From NCBI GenBank assembly GCA_900314125.1, contig OMUD01000312.1, forward strand, positions 1 to 39,012: DNA of 39,012 nucleotides, in the 5' to 3' direction. The notes below the pieces were generated by a model. That model did not search any database, was not told where the DNA came from, and was given only the letters and a program-made list of their open reading frames with translations. The position numbers and the translations under genes are program-made. How positions within the stretch are numbered: position 1 is the stretch's first letter; each line of letters begins with the position of its first letter. Source of the stretch: an uncultured Prevotellaceae bacterium (GTDB taxonomy: Bacteria; Bacteroidota; Bacteroidia; Bacteroidales; Bacteroidaceae). Below are positions 7,876 to 16,000 of the stretch, piece after piece.

Positions 7876-8374
7876 AATAAAAAACGAATGGTTGAAACTT
7901 GAAAGGAAATCATTCAAAGAAATAGAGCAAATCTTGCAGAACTTTACGTTTAACGAGCAAGTGATGGTCGGTAGTTTTGTGGCAGCATTATGCGGTGTTG
8001 ACTATTCGGATTTGTTCGTGGAAAACAAACGTCAACAAAATACCCATGCAAGGTGGTTGTATTGGTATGCGATACGATACATGACTGGTGAAACGTATGA
8101 ACGCATTTCCGTCCGCACATATTTCGATGGATGTAGGTTTAGTGGGCAAAACATCGGAATAGGCATTTCCAAGATGAACAAGATGATTGGAACGGAATAT
8201 GAATGGAAGAGAAGATGGAAAATAATCAAGCATTTCATTGATTTGAAGGAAGACCCAGAATCGTATCATGAGAATGACTTTTCCAATCCGATGTCAATGA
8301 AATACAAATTGTCGTTGAACGTTCCGAAAGGCATGAAAAAGAATATTGAGGTTGAAGTAAAAGAAGATAAATGA
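7859..8374 (+). CDS. DnaA domain IV-like helix-turn-helix protein
   Basis: KRQQNTHARWLYWYAIRYMTGETYERISVRTYFDGCRFSGQNIGIGISKMNKMI parallels the DnaA C-terminal pattern (R...v.aRqiAMYL.reLT..S...Ig..FgGRDHsTV.ha..KI). There is no AAA+ module. It overlaps the upstream ORF by 17 nt. Confidence 0.5.
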   Translation: MKTDNEIKNEWLKLERKSFKEIEQILQNFTFNEQVMVGSFVAALCGVDYSDLFVENKRQQNTHARWLYWYAIRYMTGETYERISVRTYFDGCRFSGQNIGIGISKMNKMIGTEYEWKRRWKIIKHFIDLKEDPESYHENDFSNPMSMKYKLSLNVPKGMKKNIEVEVKEDK

Positions 8375-8901
8375 TGGAAGAAAAAGTTTATATGGGAATA
8401 GACCCAGGTAGCAAAGGCTTTATCACGATTCAAGAAAAAGGCGATTTCACGCACGTTTCTATTGAAGATAATGATTTATACCAATTAAGCGACAAAATGC
8501 GTGAGATTCGCTTAAAACACACAAATTTGACGTGTGTGATAGAATCAGTCCACGCAGTGTTCGGGAGTAGTGCGAAAGCAACGTTTGCATTTGGCTTCAA
8601 CAACGGATATTTGATTGGATTGCTTTGTGCGAACAAAATACCATACGTACTTGTTCCACCACAAAAATGGCAAAAGGAAATGTGGGAGCATTCCGACATG
8701 GTAGTGACATACAAGCAAACCACAATAAAGGGAAAACAAATCATGAAGAAAGATGTCAACACGAAGCAAACATCAATCAATTGTTGCAAGCGGTTGTTCC
8801 CGATGTTGGATTTGAGAAAGTCGGAACGTGCGAAAAAGATTGATGACAACAAGGTGGATTCCATCTTGCTTTGTGAATATGGACGTAGAAAAAACTTGTA
8901 A
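8371..8901 (+). CDS. RuvC-like Holliday junction resolvase
   Basis: It has an ATGA overlap. YMGIDPGSKG is a RuvC N-terminal catalytic Asp motif. VIESVHAVFG provides an acidic E, and the C-terminal DDNKVDSILLCEYG supplies catalytic Asp residues. Length is 176 aa. Confidence 0.75.
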   Translation: MMEEKVYMGIDPGSKGFITIQEKGDFTHVSIEDNDLYQLSDKMREIRLKHTNLTCVIESVHAVFGSSAKATFAFGFNNGYLIGLLCANKIPYVLVPPQKWQKEMWEHSDMVVTYKQTTIKGKQIMKKDVNTKQTSINCCKRLFPMLDLRKSERAKKIDDNKVDSILLCEYGRRKNL

Positions 8902-8907
8902 GACGAT

Positions 8908-9528
8908 ATGCAGAATTTCAATGACATAACACAAACGATATTCCATCGTGGAATAACATTCTCAATGCAAGACTATGTGTTTGCAACATTGGTGGTTCTT
9001 GGTGAAGATGTTGGTGTAGCCTATGCAATCGCTTATGAAAGTGTTGAATACGGCAAAGCGATTGGCAAGGAGAAAGAAAAAGACTATTTGATTGAAAAGA
9101 AGAAAGATGGCGAGTTGATGTTGCAACAACAATCATTGATTCAATTGAAGGACGAAATCGCAGAGGCTTATCGTGCCGACATCCAACAAAAAGCATTGTC
9201 ACTTGAACAAATTGAATTTACAGCATCCGACATCAACGCACTCCTTAACAAGTTGCTTGCCACACAAGCCAAAGACCTTGATAGTGCTTCCATCCGTGAA
9301 ATGCTTTCAATCATCCATGAATTGATTAACAACTTTGGACTTTCAAGTGGCAATGATGCTTTTGCGAAACATTTCATTACCATACATCCGAAATTCAACG
9401 CATTGTGCAGATGCGGTAGGGAAATGGATATCGTTAAAGGACTTGATTGTGTTTGCCCAAGTTGCAAGCAAGTGTATAAATGGGTGGAAGAGGAAGATAG
9501 ATTCTATCCGACACCAAACAAACTTTGA
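8908..9528 (+). CDS. hypothetical protein with C-terminal zinc ribbon, possible small terminase
   Basis: A CxC...CxxC ribbon is present (CRCGREMDIVKGLDCVCPSCKQVY). The N-terminal DYVFATLVVLGEDVGVAYAIAY is reminiscent of the TerS HTH pattern (F...Y......AY..AY), and the middle looks coiled-coil. No TerS sits next to terL in this window. Confidence 0.3.
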   Translation: MQNFNDITQTIFHRGITFSMQDYVFATLVVLGEDVGVAYAIAYESVEYGKAIGKEKEKDYLIEKKKDGELMLQQQSLIQLKDEIAEAYRADIQQKALSLEQIEFTASDINALLNKLLATQAKDLDSASIREMLSIIHELINNFGLSSGNDAFAKHFITIHPKFNALCRCGREMDIVKGLDCVCPSCKQVYKWVEEEDRFYPTPNKL

Positions 9529-9532
9529 CAAG

Positions 9533-9907
9533 ATGATTAAAATAATAGACGTTGATATTTTATACACAACCATAGTCGTTGCGTTAGAACCCACGTTGGA
9601 TGAATGGAACGCATTCAAGAAGAAATACAAGGCATACATTACGAATGATGATGAAAAATGTTTCCTTGATGATTTCAACAACAACAAAGGTTGCAATGGT
9701 AGCACAATCCAACTTGATAGAGGGGATTATATGATTTTTGTAAGGTATGCAAAGGAACATGGTGATATAGCACATGAGGTTTTCCATGCCTGCAATTGCA
9801 TCTTGAAATCAAGAGGATTTGAATTGACCGACACTGGTGAATCCTATGCATATCTAATAGGCTTTGTGACAAACAAGGTATATGAGATTTTGGATAACAA
9901 AGGGTAG
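9533..9907 (+). CDS. small HExxH zincin-like protein (124 aa), paralog of 9918-10313
   Basis: ATG 9533 lies 5 nt after the upstream stop. The listed ORF start at 9335 would overlap the previous gene. HEVFH is followed 18 residues later by GESYAYLIGF, a candidate Glu third ligand. Confidence 0.6.
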   Translation: MIKIIDVDILYTTIVVALEPTLDEWNAFKKKYKAYITNDDEKCFLDDFNNNKGCNGSTIQLDRGDYMIFVRYAKEHGDIAHEVFHACNCILKSRGFELTDTGESYAYLIGFVTNKVYEILDNKG

Positions 9908-9925
9908 TGCATCATCACTACCCTT
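9900..9925. terminator. bidirectional hairpin between convergent genes
   Basis: AAGGGTAGTG-CATCAT-CACTACCCTT forms a perfect 10-bp stem with a 6-nt loop. It spans both stop codons (TAG 9905-9907 on plus, TAG 9920-9918 on minus). It marks the switch from rightward to leftward transcription. Confidence 0.6.
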
Positions 9926-10313
9926 CTATTATCACACCATCTTTCTTCAAGATGTCCGTTATCTTACGCATGATATACCCTTGCAACCATGCACCATCCT
10001 CACCACCTTGTGGAATCATATAATGTTCAAGAATGGATGCTTGTACGTGGTCTATTTCATGTGATATTGAATCCATGAATTGTTCCAATGAAGACGATTC
10101 CGAAATAAAAACCACACTCATCGTCAAATCATGACGTGAAATGGTCATGCCTGTGTTTATTCCAAGCAATATCCTTATCGCCCTTGATATTTCTTTATCT
10201 GAAACACCAAAAGAGTTCATGATAGCACCCATCTCGTCCACATCAAGAAAATCGAAGTCATAGCAAAACACTATGCCCCAATATCCATCAACATCTATAT
10301 ATCTCTTTTTCAT
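9918..10313 (-). CDS. small HExxH zincin-like protein (131 aa), paralog of 9533-9907
   Basis: Start is taken at ATG 10313 (MKKRYIDVD), which forms an ATGA overlap with the upstream stop; the listed start at 10328 is a TTG. HEIDHVQ is followed by GGEDGAWLQGY. The layout is collinear with the other HExxH protein (IDVD..., G.TI..., HExxH, GE..A[YW]L.G[FY]...K...[ED]IL). Confidence 0.6.
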   Translation of the reverse strand: MKKRYIDVDGYWGIVFCYDFDFLDVDEMGAIMNSFGVSDKEISRAIRILLGINTGMTISRHDLTMSVVFISESSSLEQFMDSISHEIDHVQASILEHYMIPQGGEDGAWLQGYIMRKITDILKKDGVIIEG

Positions 10314-10720
10314 AACATCTTTTCCCAATATATAGGTATTCCTGCGTTACACATCTTTGCCACAAAGCAATCAAGAACATTCTCTGGCATTCCATCTGGG
10401 TCGCAAATCGTTTCTTCAACAAACATCGCCCTTTGTTCATCCGTCTTCAATGTCTTTGGATAATCAGCCAATGCCATGTTGAATAGATACCATGCGGTGT
10501 AAATAAACTCATCTTGCAATTCAACTCCGCTTTTCTTCATCGTTTCTTTCATTTCGTCTATGGAAATAGGCTTTATCTTCTTCATTTCCTTTGTAACGTT
10601 GTCTTTCATTTCCATATTGCCTATCGCCCACTCCGCAAGTTTCTTGCTGAACAATCCATGATTTTCATCCTCATACATTGCCCTTCCCTCTGATATGTAG
10701 TTTTTCATACAATTAAGCAT
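10310..10720 (-). CDS. hypothetical helical protein (136 aa)
   Basis: ATG at 10720, with an alternative ATG at 10708. It reads LAEWAIGNMEMKD...EFIYTAWYLFNMALADY...CDPDG. No enzymatic motif was recognised. Confidence 0.55.
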   Translation of the reverse strand: MLNCMKNYISEGRAMYEDENHGLFSKKLAEWAIGNMEMKDNVTKEMKKIKPISIDEMKETMKKSGVELQDEFIYTAWYLFNMALADYPKTLKTDEQRAMFVEETICDPDGMPENVLDCFVAKMCNAGIPIYWEKML

Positions 10721-10754
10721 TTTTTAAACGTTTTAAATTATAGTTTTTGTTACA

Positions 10755-10788
10755 ATTAAGGGGAATTTTATAAAAAATCCCCCTTAAT
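10755..10788 (-). terminator. intergenic hairpin (possible attenuator or RNA-stability element)
   Basis: On the minus strand, AAGGGGGATTTT-TTAT-AAAATTCCCCTT forms a 12-bp stem including one G-U, extendable by TT/AA. No clear downstream U-run follows, so terminator function is uncertain. Confidence 0.3.
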
Positions 10789-10804
10789 ATTCCATTTAGA
10801 AAGA

Positions 10805-11032
10805 TTAGATGTATCGTCCTCTGCTATCTCTGCTTCTGCGATAATCCATATCTTCTTCGTCTTCGTTGTCTTCCCATCCATGCTTATATCCTTGGCGATA
10901 ACCTTTTTCGTAATCATCACGATAATTGCCACCGCCAACGTAACGATAGTTACCACTACGCATAGAACGACGCATTTGTTGACGCATCTGACCGCCGCCT
11001 TCGTTCTCTTTATCTACAAAAATCCATGCCAT
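10805..11032 (-). CDS. R/G/Y/D/E-rich low-complexity mini-protein (75 aa)
   Basis: ATG at 11032. It reads MAWIFVDKENEGGGQMRQQMRRSMRSGNYRYVGGGNYRDDYEKGYRQGYKHGWEDNEDEEDMDYRRSRDSRGRYI. It fills the gap between flanking genes with short spacers and is preferred over the overlapping 10768..10956 ORF. Confidence 0.5.
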   Translation of the reverse strand: MAWIFVDKENEGGGQMRQQMRRSMRSGNYRYVGGGNYRDDYEKGYRQGYKHGWEDNEDEEDMDYRRSRDSRGRYI

Positions 11033-11060
11033 TTGTTTGTTCCTTTCTTACTTTAGTGGA

Positions 11061-11582
11061 TTAAACATTGCTTGGCGAGGGGGAATCCAACTTCTGCAAG
11101 ATTCCAAGGATTGTGTCAAGTTTCTTGTCTGTCTCTGACTGGCGACGTTCAAGGTCTGTAATAGTGCGTGCTTGTTTCTTTTCTTCCGCATAACGTGGAT
11201 TCAAGACTTCAAGCATTTTTTCTGATTCGGCAATAACATTCTTGTGCAGCGGAATCTGCTCCAAAGCCTTTTTTGATGTTTGTAGCATATTGTCAACCGC
11301 CTGTAGCATTGCCTCACGACTACCGCTGAAAGTTTCGTTGCCTTGTGCGGCAATTTCGACATTCAAAGGTATGTTGTTGATAACCCTATCACTACCATTT
11401 ATCGTAACCGTCAAATCAACAACCTGCTGAAAGTTCATTCCGTTCATCAAGTTCGGTGTTTGAGTTTGATACTGAGGACGAGGCTGCGACTTTGCCTTGA
11501 CCGTTCCGATTTCGAGCACTGGACGCTCACCTTTCTTTAATACATAGAACGGACTCCCGCTCGTAAGACTGTTTATATCCAT
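11061..11582 (-). CDS. hypothetical protein (173 aa), beta-rich N-terminus plus helical/coiled-coil C-terminus
   Basis: ATG at 11582. The C-terminal region (EKMLEVLNPRYAEEKKQARTITDLERRQSETDKKLDTILGILQKL) looks coiled-coil. No family was recognised. Confidence 0.55.
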   Translation of the reverse strand: MDINSLTSGSPFYVLKKGERPVLEIGTVKAKSQPRPQYQTQTPNLMNGMNFQQVVDLTVTINGSDRVINNIPLNVEIAAQGNETFSGSREAMLQAVDNMLQTSKKALEQIPLHKNVIAESEKMLEVLNPRYAEEKKQARTITDLERRQSETDKKLDTILGILQKLDSPSPSNV

Positions 11583-11613
11583 TGTTAATTACTTTTGATT
11601 GTTAAACACTAAA

Positions 11614-11949
11614 TTACACTATTGTTCTAGACAAAAGAGCCAAGATTCCGTTGAACTTATCGTTAAGAATCTCCATAACGCTTACGTTAAGAATGTCAGC
11701 CACAGTCACAGCATTTCCATTCGGAAGAAGTAGTGGACGTGTAACACCATTCAATGTAAGTGTCACTGGCAATGTAGTCGTTGCGTCAGACGGAATAGGA
11801 TTTTCCATTCGTACAATAAACTTTCCTATAGGCTGAATACGTCTCCAACCAAGTGCAATGTTCACGGTGTCGGCTCCTACGACAACTTGTGTATTCGCAA
11901 TATAAGGCTCACCTCCTGCGTTGATTGTTATGTTTGCGTTACAATTCAT
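11614..11949 (-). CDS. hypothetical beta-rich protein (111 aa)
   Basis: ATG at 11949. It reads MNCNANITINAGGEPYIANTQVVVGADTVNIALGW...PVTLTLNGVTRPLLLPNGNAVTVADI. No family was recognised. Confidence 0.55.
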   Translation of the reverse strand: MNCNANITINAGGEPYIANTQVVVGADTVNIALGWRRIQPIGKFIVRMENPIPSDATTTLPVTLTLNGVTRPLLLPNGNAVTVADILNVSVMEILNDKFNGILALLSRTIV

Positions 11950-11974
11950 GCTTTTAACCTCCTATACCTTAAAT

Positions 11975-12898
11975 TTAGAATACAAAGTTATTGCCTCCGA
12001 ACCCGTTACCATAGTAGCCGTTGAAGCCTCCATAGAAGCCACCGTTCACATAAGGAGTGGTATTAACGGCTGTCAACTGAGGCCACTGGACGGGTACGGT
12101 GTTCGGAATCTTGTTCTCAATCTCTGTCACAGACTTCTGCAACGGGGCAACTACGCTGTTGACGTAACCGATGATTTGGTTGGTCTGCGCTGCGTTGTCG
12201 GCAGCATTGCGCAACTGAGTGATGATGTCAGCCTGCGTGTCAATCTTCGACTGCATCTCACGTTCCTTAACGTCACAGAACGATTGAATCATGGTAGCCT
12301 TGAGGTCTGCGATAGCATCAACGTTACGCTGACCGTTTGCGTTCATGGTGTTCTGCAAGGTGTTGGTTTGGTTACAAAGAGCCAACTGATTGTCGCAGCA
12401 GCACTTCTGAATGGTGCTCGCAAGGTTTGCGTCACCTGCCTGTACTGCGTTAATCAGTTGCAAGGTTGACATACCCTGTGTGTTTGCAATTTGATTGAGT
12501 GTGTTTTGAGCGGATTGGATGCTTGCATTTACAAGGTTGAAATCTTGACCAAGCATTGTTGAAAGTGTTTGGATAGCCGTGCGAGATGCTTCACCTTGGT
12601 TTGTGATTGCGTTCATGATAAGTTCACGCCCGCTATCGTTGTTGAGTTGGTTTGAGATGAATCCAGCACCTCCATTGCCACCGAATCCACCAAAGCCACC
12701 GAACCCGTTGTTACCCCATCCAAACATGGATGCGATGATAGCAAGTCCGAAGAGGTCTGCGATTGAATTAAACCCGTTTCCATTACCAAACATTCCACCA
12801 TTTCCATACGTTCCAAAGCCAATAGGAATAGAAAGAGGGATGTTTGCGTTTCCATTGTTATTGCCGTTGTTGTCTGGCAATTGATAAATTTCGCTCAT
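11975..12898 (-). CDS. Gly/Asn/Phe-rich protein with a hydrophobic segment and a Q/N-rich, Cys-containing helical core (307 aa)
   Basis: ATG at 12898. Both termini are low-complexity (NNGNNNGNANIP...GNGGMFGNGNGF...GWGNNGFGGFGGFGGNGGAGF at the N-terminus, YVNGGFYGGFNGYYGNGFGGNNFVF at the C-terminus). A putative TM/glycine-zipper segment is IADLFGLAIIASMFGW. The core contains a QKCCCDNQLALC cluster. Confidence 0.6.
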   Translation of the reverse strand: MSEIYQLPDNNGNNNGNANIPLSIPIGFGTYGNGGMFGNGNGFNSIADLFGLAIIASMFGWGNNGFGGFGGFGGNGGAGFISNQLNNDSGRELIMNAITNQGEASRTAIQTLSTMLGQDFNLVNASIQSAQNTLNQIANTQGMSTLQLINAVQAGDANLASTIQKCCCDNQLALCNQTNTLQNTMNANGQRNVDAIADLKATMIQSFCDVKEREMQSKIDTQADIITQLRNAADNAAQTNQIIGYVNSVVAPLQKSVTEIENKIPNTVPVQWPQLTAVNTTPYVNGGFYGGFNGYYGNGFGGNNFVF

Positions 12899-12947
12899 AG
12901 TCTTTACATTTTGTGTTTTAAATTAGGTGATTTGTTGTACAACGATG

Positions 12948-12955
12948 CAAATCTA
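12948..12955 (-). promoter_or_regulatory. TAGATTTG -7 box for the leftward ORFan cassette
   Basis: The plus strand reads CAAATCTA, which is TAGATTTG (TAnnTTTG) on the minus strand. It lies 50 nt upstream of ATG 12898 and immediately downstream of the fibre-gene terminator. Confidence 0.4.
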
Positions 12956-12997
12956 TTAAAACCAAATTGCTATGACACAATGCACTTTTACAAGTGC

Positions 12998-13030
12998 AAA
13001 AAAATAGGGCATCGTTTCACAACGACACCC
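12998..13030 (-). terminator. intrinsic terminator after the tail-fibre gene
   Basis: The minus strand reads GGGTGTCGTT-GTGA-AACGATGCCC, a 10-bp stem with two G-U pairs and a GNRA-type loop. TATTTTTTT follows. A second hairpin, GCACTT-GTAA-AAGTGC, lies at 12982-12997. Confidence 0.7.
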
Positions 13031-13061
13031 CACCAATACTAAACTAACAATACAATAAAAT

Positions 13062-16000
13062 CTAAACAACTGAATTAAGGTCAACAAGTGATTCCGTTGA
13101 GCGAGTAAATTCCCAATATATGCATTCATGGTTGTTGTATTGCCCAACCTTGCATTCCGCAACGTACATTATCAAGGCACTATAACTCATGATGTCGGTT
13201 TCAGCACGAATCTTGTGCTCAACGGTGTAACTATATCCGATTGAATTGGTGAGTTCACTTAAATCTTGATACGTTTGCCCATTGCTGAATTTATAGTACG
13301 TGTCAACAAGGAAATAAGGGAATCCACCACTTTTGAAATGCCAATTGTCGGCTGCTGGAAGAAAACAAATCTTCTTCCCGACACATTGCCTCAATTCACT
13401 TAAAGTAAAGTAATTTGATGCATCCTTCATGCCGACAATTTGGAAATTCTCTCTCGTTCCATCCGTTGAATAAGCACAAGGGAGCAAGGCATTAAGTGTG
13501 CCGCTGCTATAGTTCCATTCGTCAATGATAAGGTATGACCCGACTTTCAATGGGTTGATATGCAAGGTGGCTGTAGCTGTGACATAATATCCAAAGTCAT
13601 TCAAGTTGTCATCACGAATCTTTTGTATAAGGTTGTTGATTACGCCTTCAAGCACAATGTCTTTCACATACATCTTGCCACTATTTGCATTCATGACAAG
13701 ATTCGGTATGTACGTGTTTTGTGGGTTGCCTTCACCGAAATACTTATACCCATCCAAGAAACTTGCCGATGTGCCATCCGCTTTCTTTCCCAAAACGGAA
13801 TACATATAATCTTCGTTGAATATCCAACTACCCAATTGTGCGAATTGCGAGAAGATTGCTTGTGAGATGAGATACTTGAAATCCGTTGTCATCAATCGCC
13901 AATTCGCATTTTGGTTTGATGGTCTATTTTTGCTTGAAACATCGAAATGTCCGTTCTCGCCAACCCACACCCACAATTGACCATTGTATGCGTAGTAAGG
14001 GGTTTCAAAGTCGGTCACATCAAAGGTGGCGGTACTTGTTTCAATCCAATCACCTTTGTAGTAAGGATTGCGACCCATCTTACCATCCGCTCCATCGGTT
14101 CCAGGGTTTCCTTTATCACCTTTATCTCCTTTGTCACCCTTGTCACCTTTGTCACCCTTATCTCCCTTATCGCCTTTATCACCTTTATCTCCTTTAAATT
14201 CGCCACAATCCTTCCAAATACTACCATTCCACATATAAAGGTGTCCGTCATCATCATAAGTGTATCCATCGCCTACGTTCGCACTTTCTTGAACAATCCA
14301 AGAACCACCCCATATATAAACAGTGTTGCTTGAATAGACAACCGCATTTGAGTATGTAGGTACACCGCTTTGTGGCAATTGGTTCACGGAACTTGCCATC
14401 GCATAGAGAGAACCTTTGATAGACACACTTGTTCCGTCAGCACCTTTCGTCAAGACAAGTTGCCAATTTGGATTGGATTCGGTAGGAACAGAATTCCTAT
14501 TCGTCCTTTTCGCTCTCCACTTTTGCCCTTGATACCAAACCTCATGCGTTTCATATTGTAAGTCTTCCGAATCCCATGATGCGAACAAATATTGTTTGGT
14601 ATTCGTCCAATCCCCTTTGTCAACATAGTTCACGATTGGATTCCCTTGATAGTCAACCTTGATGAAATCTTCAACAACAACACCTTGTGCGTAGAAGAAA
14701 TCATAGTTCGGATTTTGTGCGATGCGTTCTGCCACGGGGGCATATTGCTTCACAAAGTCTGGCAATATTCCCAATGTCATGCCATAGTTGTTATCCCTCA
14801 ATATAGGATTGTTCACACCTATCAATTTGACGATTCTGCCTTCACTCGTTGACAAGTAGAATAATTGTTGCCTTCGTTGGATAGTTTCAAGAATTGTGCT
14901 GTCCGTACATACGATAGGAACATTGCATTCTTGGCTCTTGTCACGGCATCCCCAACGTGTGATGGTCATGAATTCACATGGTGGATAATTCGTGCCAGAT
15001 GGTACATAAGAATCCAAATAGCATCTAACATATATCTCATTGACATTCGCTTGTGGAATTGTAACGTTATAATCCAAGGCAATTGCATCTATTTCTTCTT
15101 GCGTCAGCACATACATCCATGATGTGTAATACTTGTTTCCACCACCATCGGTTGATTGACCTGCATCACTTTCTTCAACATCGGACACATTGCCCATCTT
15201 TCCTGCCAACGTATTGATGACACCTTTCAAGATATTTCCACCTTGTTGTGATGTGACATATCCTTCCCATTTTTCCTTCAAAGAAAGGCGATACACCGAA
15301 TATTCATCATCAGTCACAACGTATTCAACTTTATCAACTTGGTCGTTGTCCGTGAACATCGTATCACCTTCTTGTGCTTGCACACGATTGATGAGTAATT
15401 CAACAACTTCAAGGAAAGACCTGACCTTTAGGCTTTCAACCTCCATGTTTCCATGTTCGTCCAATCTCCAACCACGTCCTTCACCTGCGTTCATGCTTGA
15501 AACATAATCGTGAGATTGTAGGGCATCGGCAAACACACATTTCCCTAAAGCATCCAATCCTTGTTGGAATGTGATATGTCCTTGTGCGACATCATCAATA
15601 ATCTTTGAGAGTTTTTCATCAAGTTGCTTTTGAAGACTTGCATATCCTTCCGATGCGTTCATTCCATAGTATTGTGCTATTTGCGAAACTTGAACACGCA
15701 ACTTGCTCACATCTTCCGTTGTTTGACCAATCTGATTCAACACAATTTCAACGTCATCCGTCAACGTTATCGTGTATTGTGGCAATGTACTTTCTCCAAA
15801 CTTTATTGAAAATTCCTTGATGTACAAAGCAAGTATTGCATTGCCAAACTTGAATCTCACAATCTTGTTATTGTCAAGTTGCGACAAAATATCAAGGTTG
15901 TCACGCAAGAACTTTTCATCAAAGGTTAATGGATAGTCAAAATAATACACGTTGTTTTCCAACATATATTCCATCATCGCCTCATCAAGTTCCCTTTCTG

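Noticed and set aside
10768-10956. 62-aa minus-strand ORF overlapping the R/G/Y/D-rich ORF.
   Set aside because: It occupies the same locus in another frame and would run through the intergenic hairpin. The 10805..11032 frame fits the spacing to flanking genes better.
13062-14000. A diversity-generating retroelement targeting the fibre C-terminus.
   Set aside because: No reverse transcriptase ORF and no template/variable repeat pair were noticed anywhere in the window. The check was by eye only, so a TR outside the window cannot be excluded.
14112-14192. Short tandem repeats, considered as a possible CRISPR array or other non-coding array.
   Set aside because: The units are 9 nt, contiguous with no spacers, and in frame inside a long ORF encoding Gly-Asp-Lys. 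This is a coding collagen-like repeat, not a CRISPR array.
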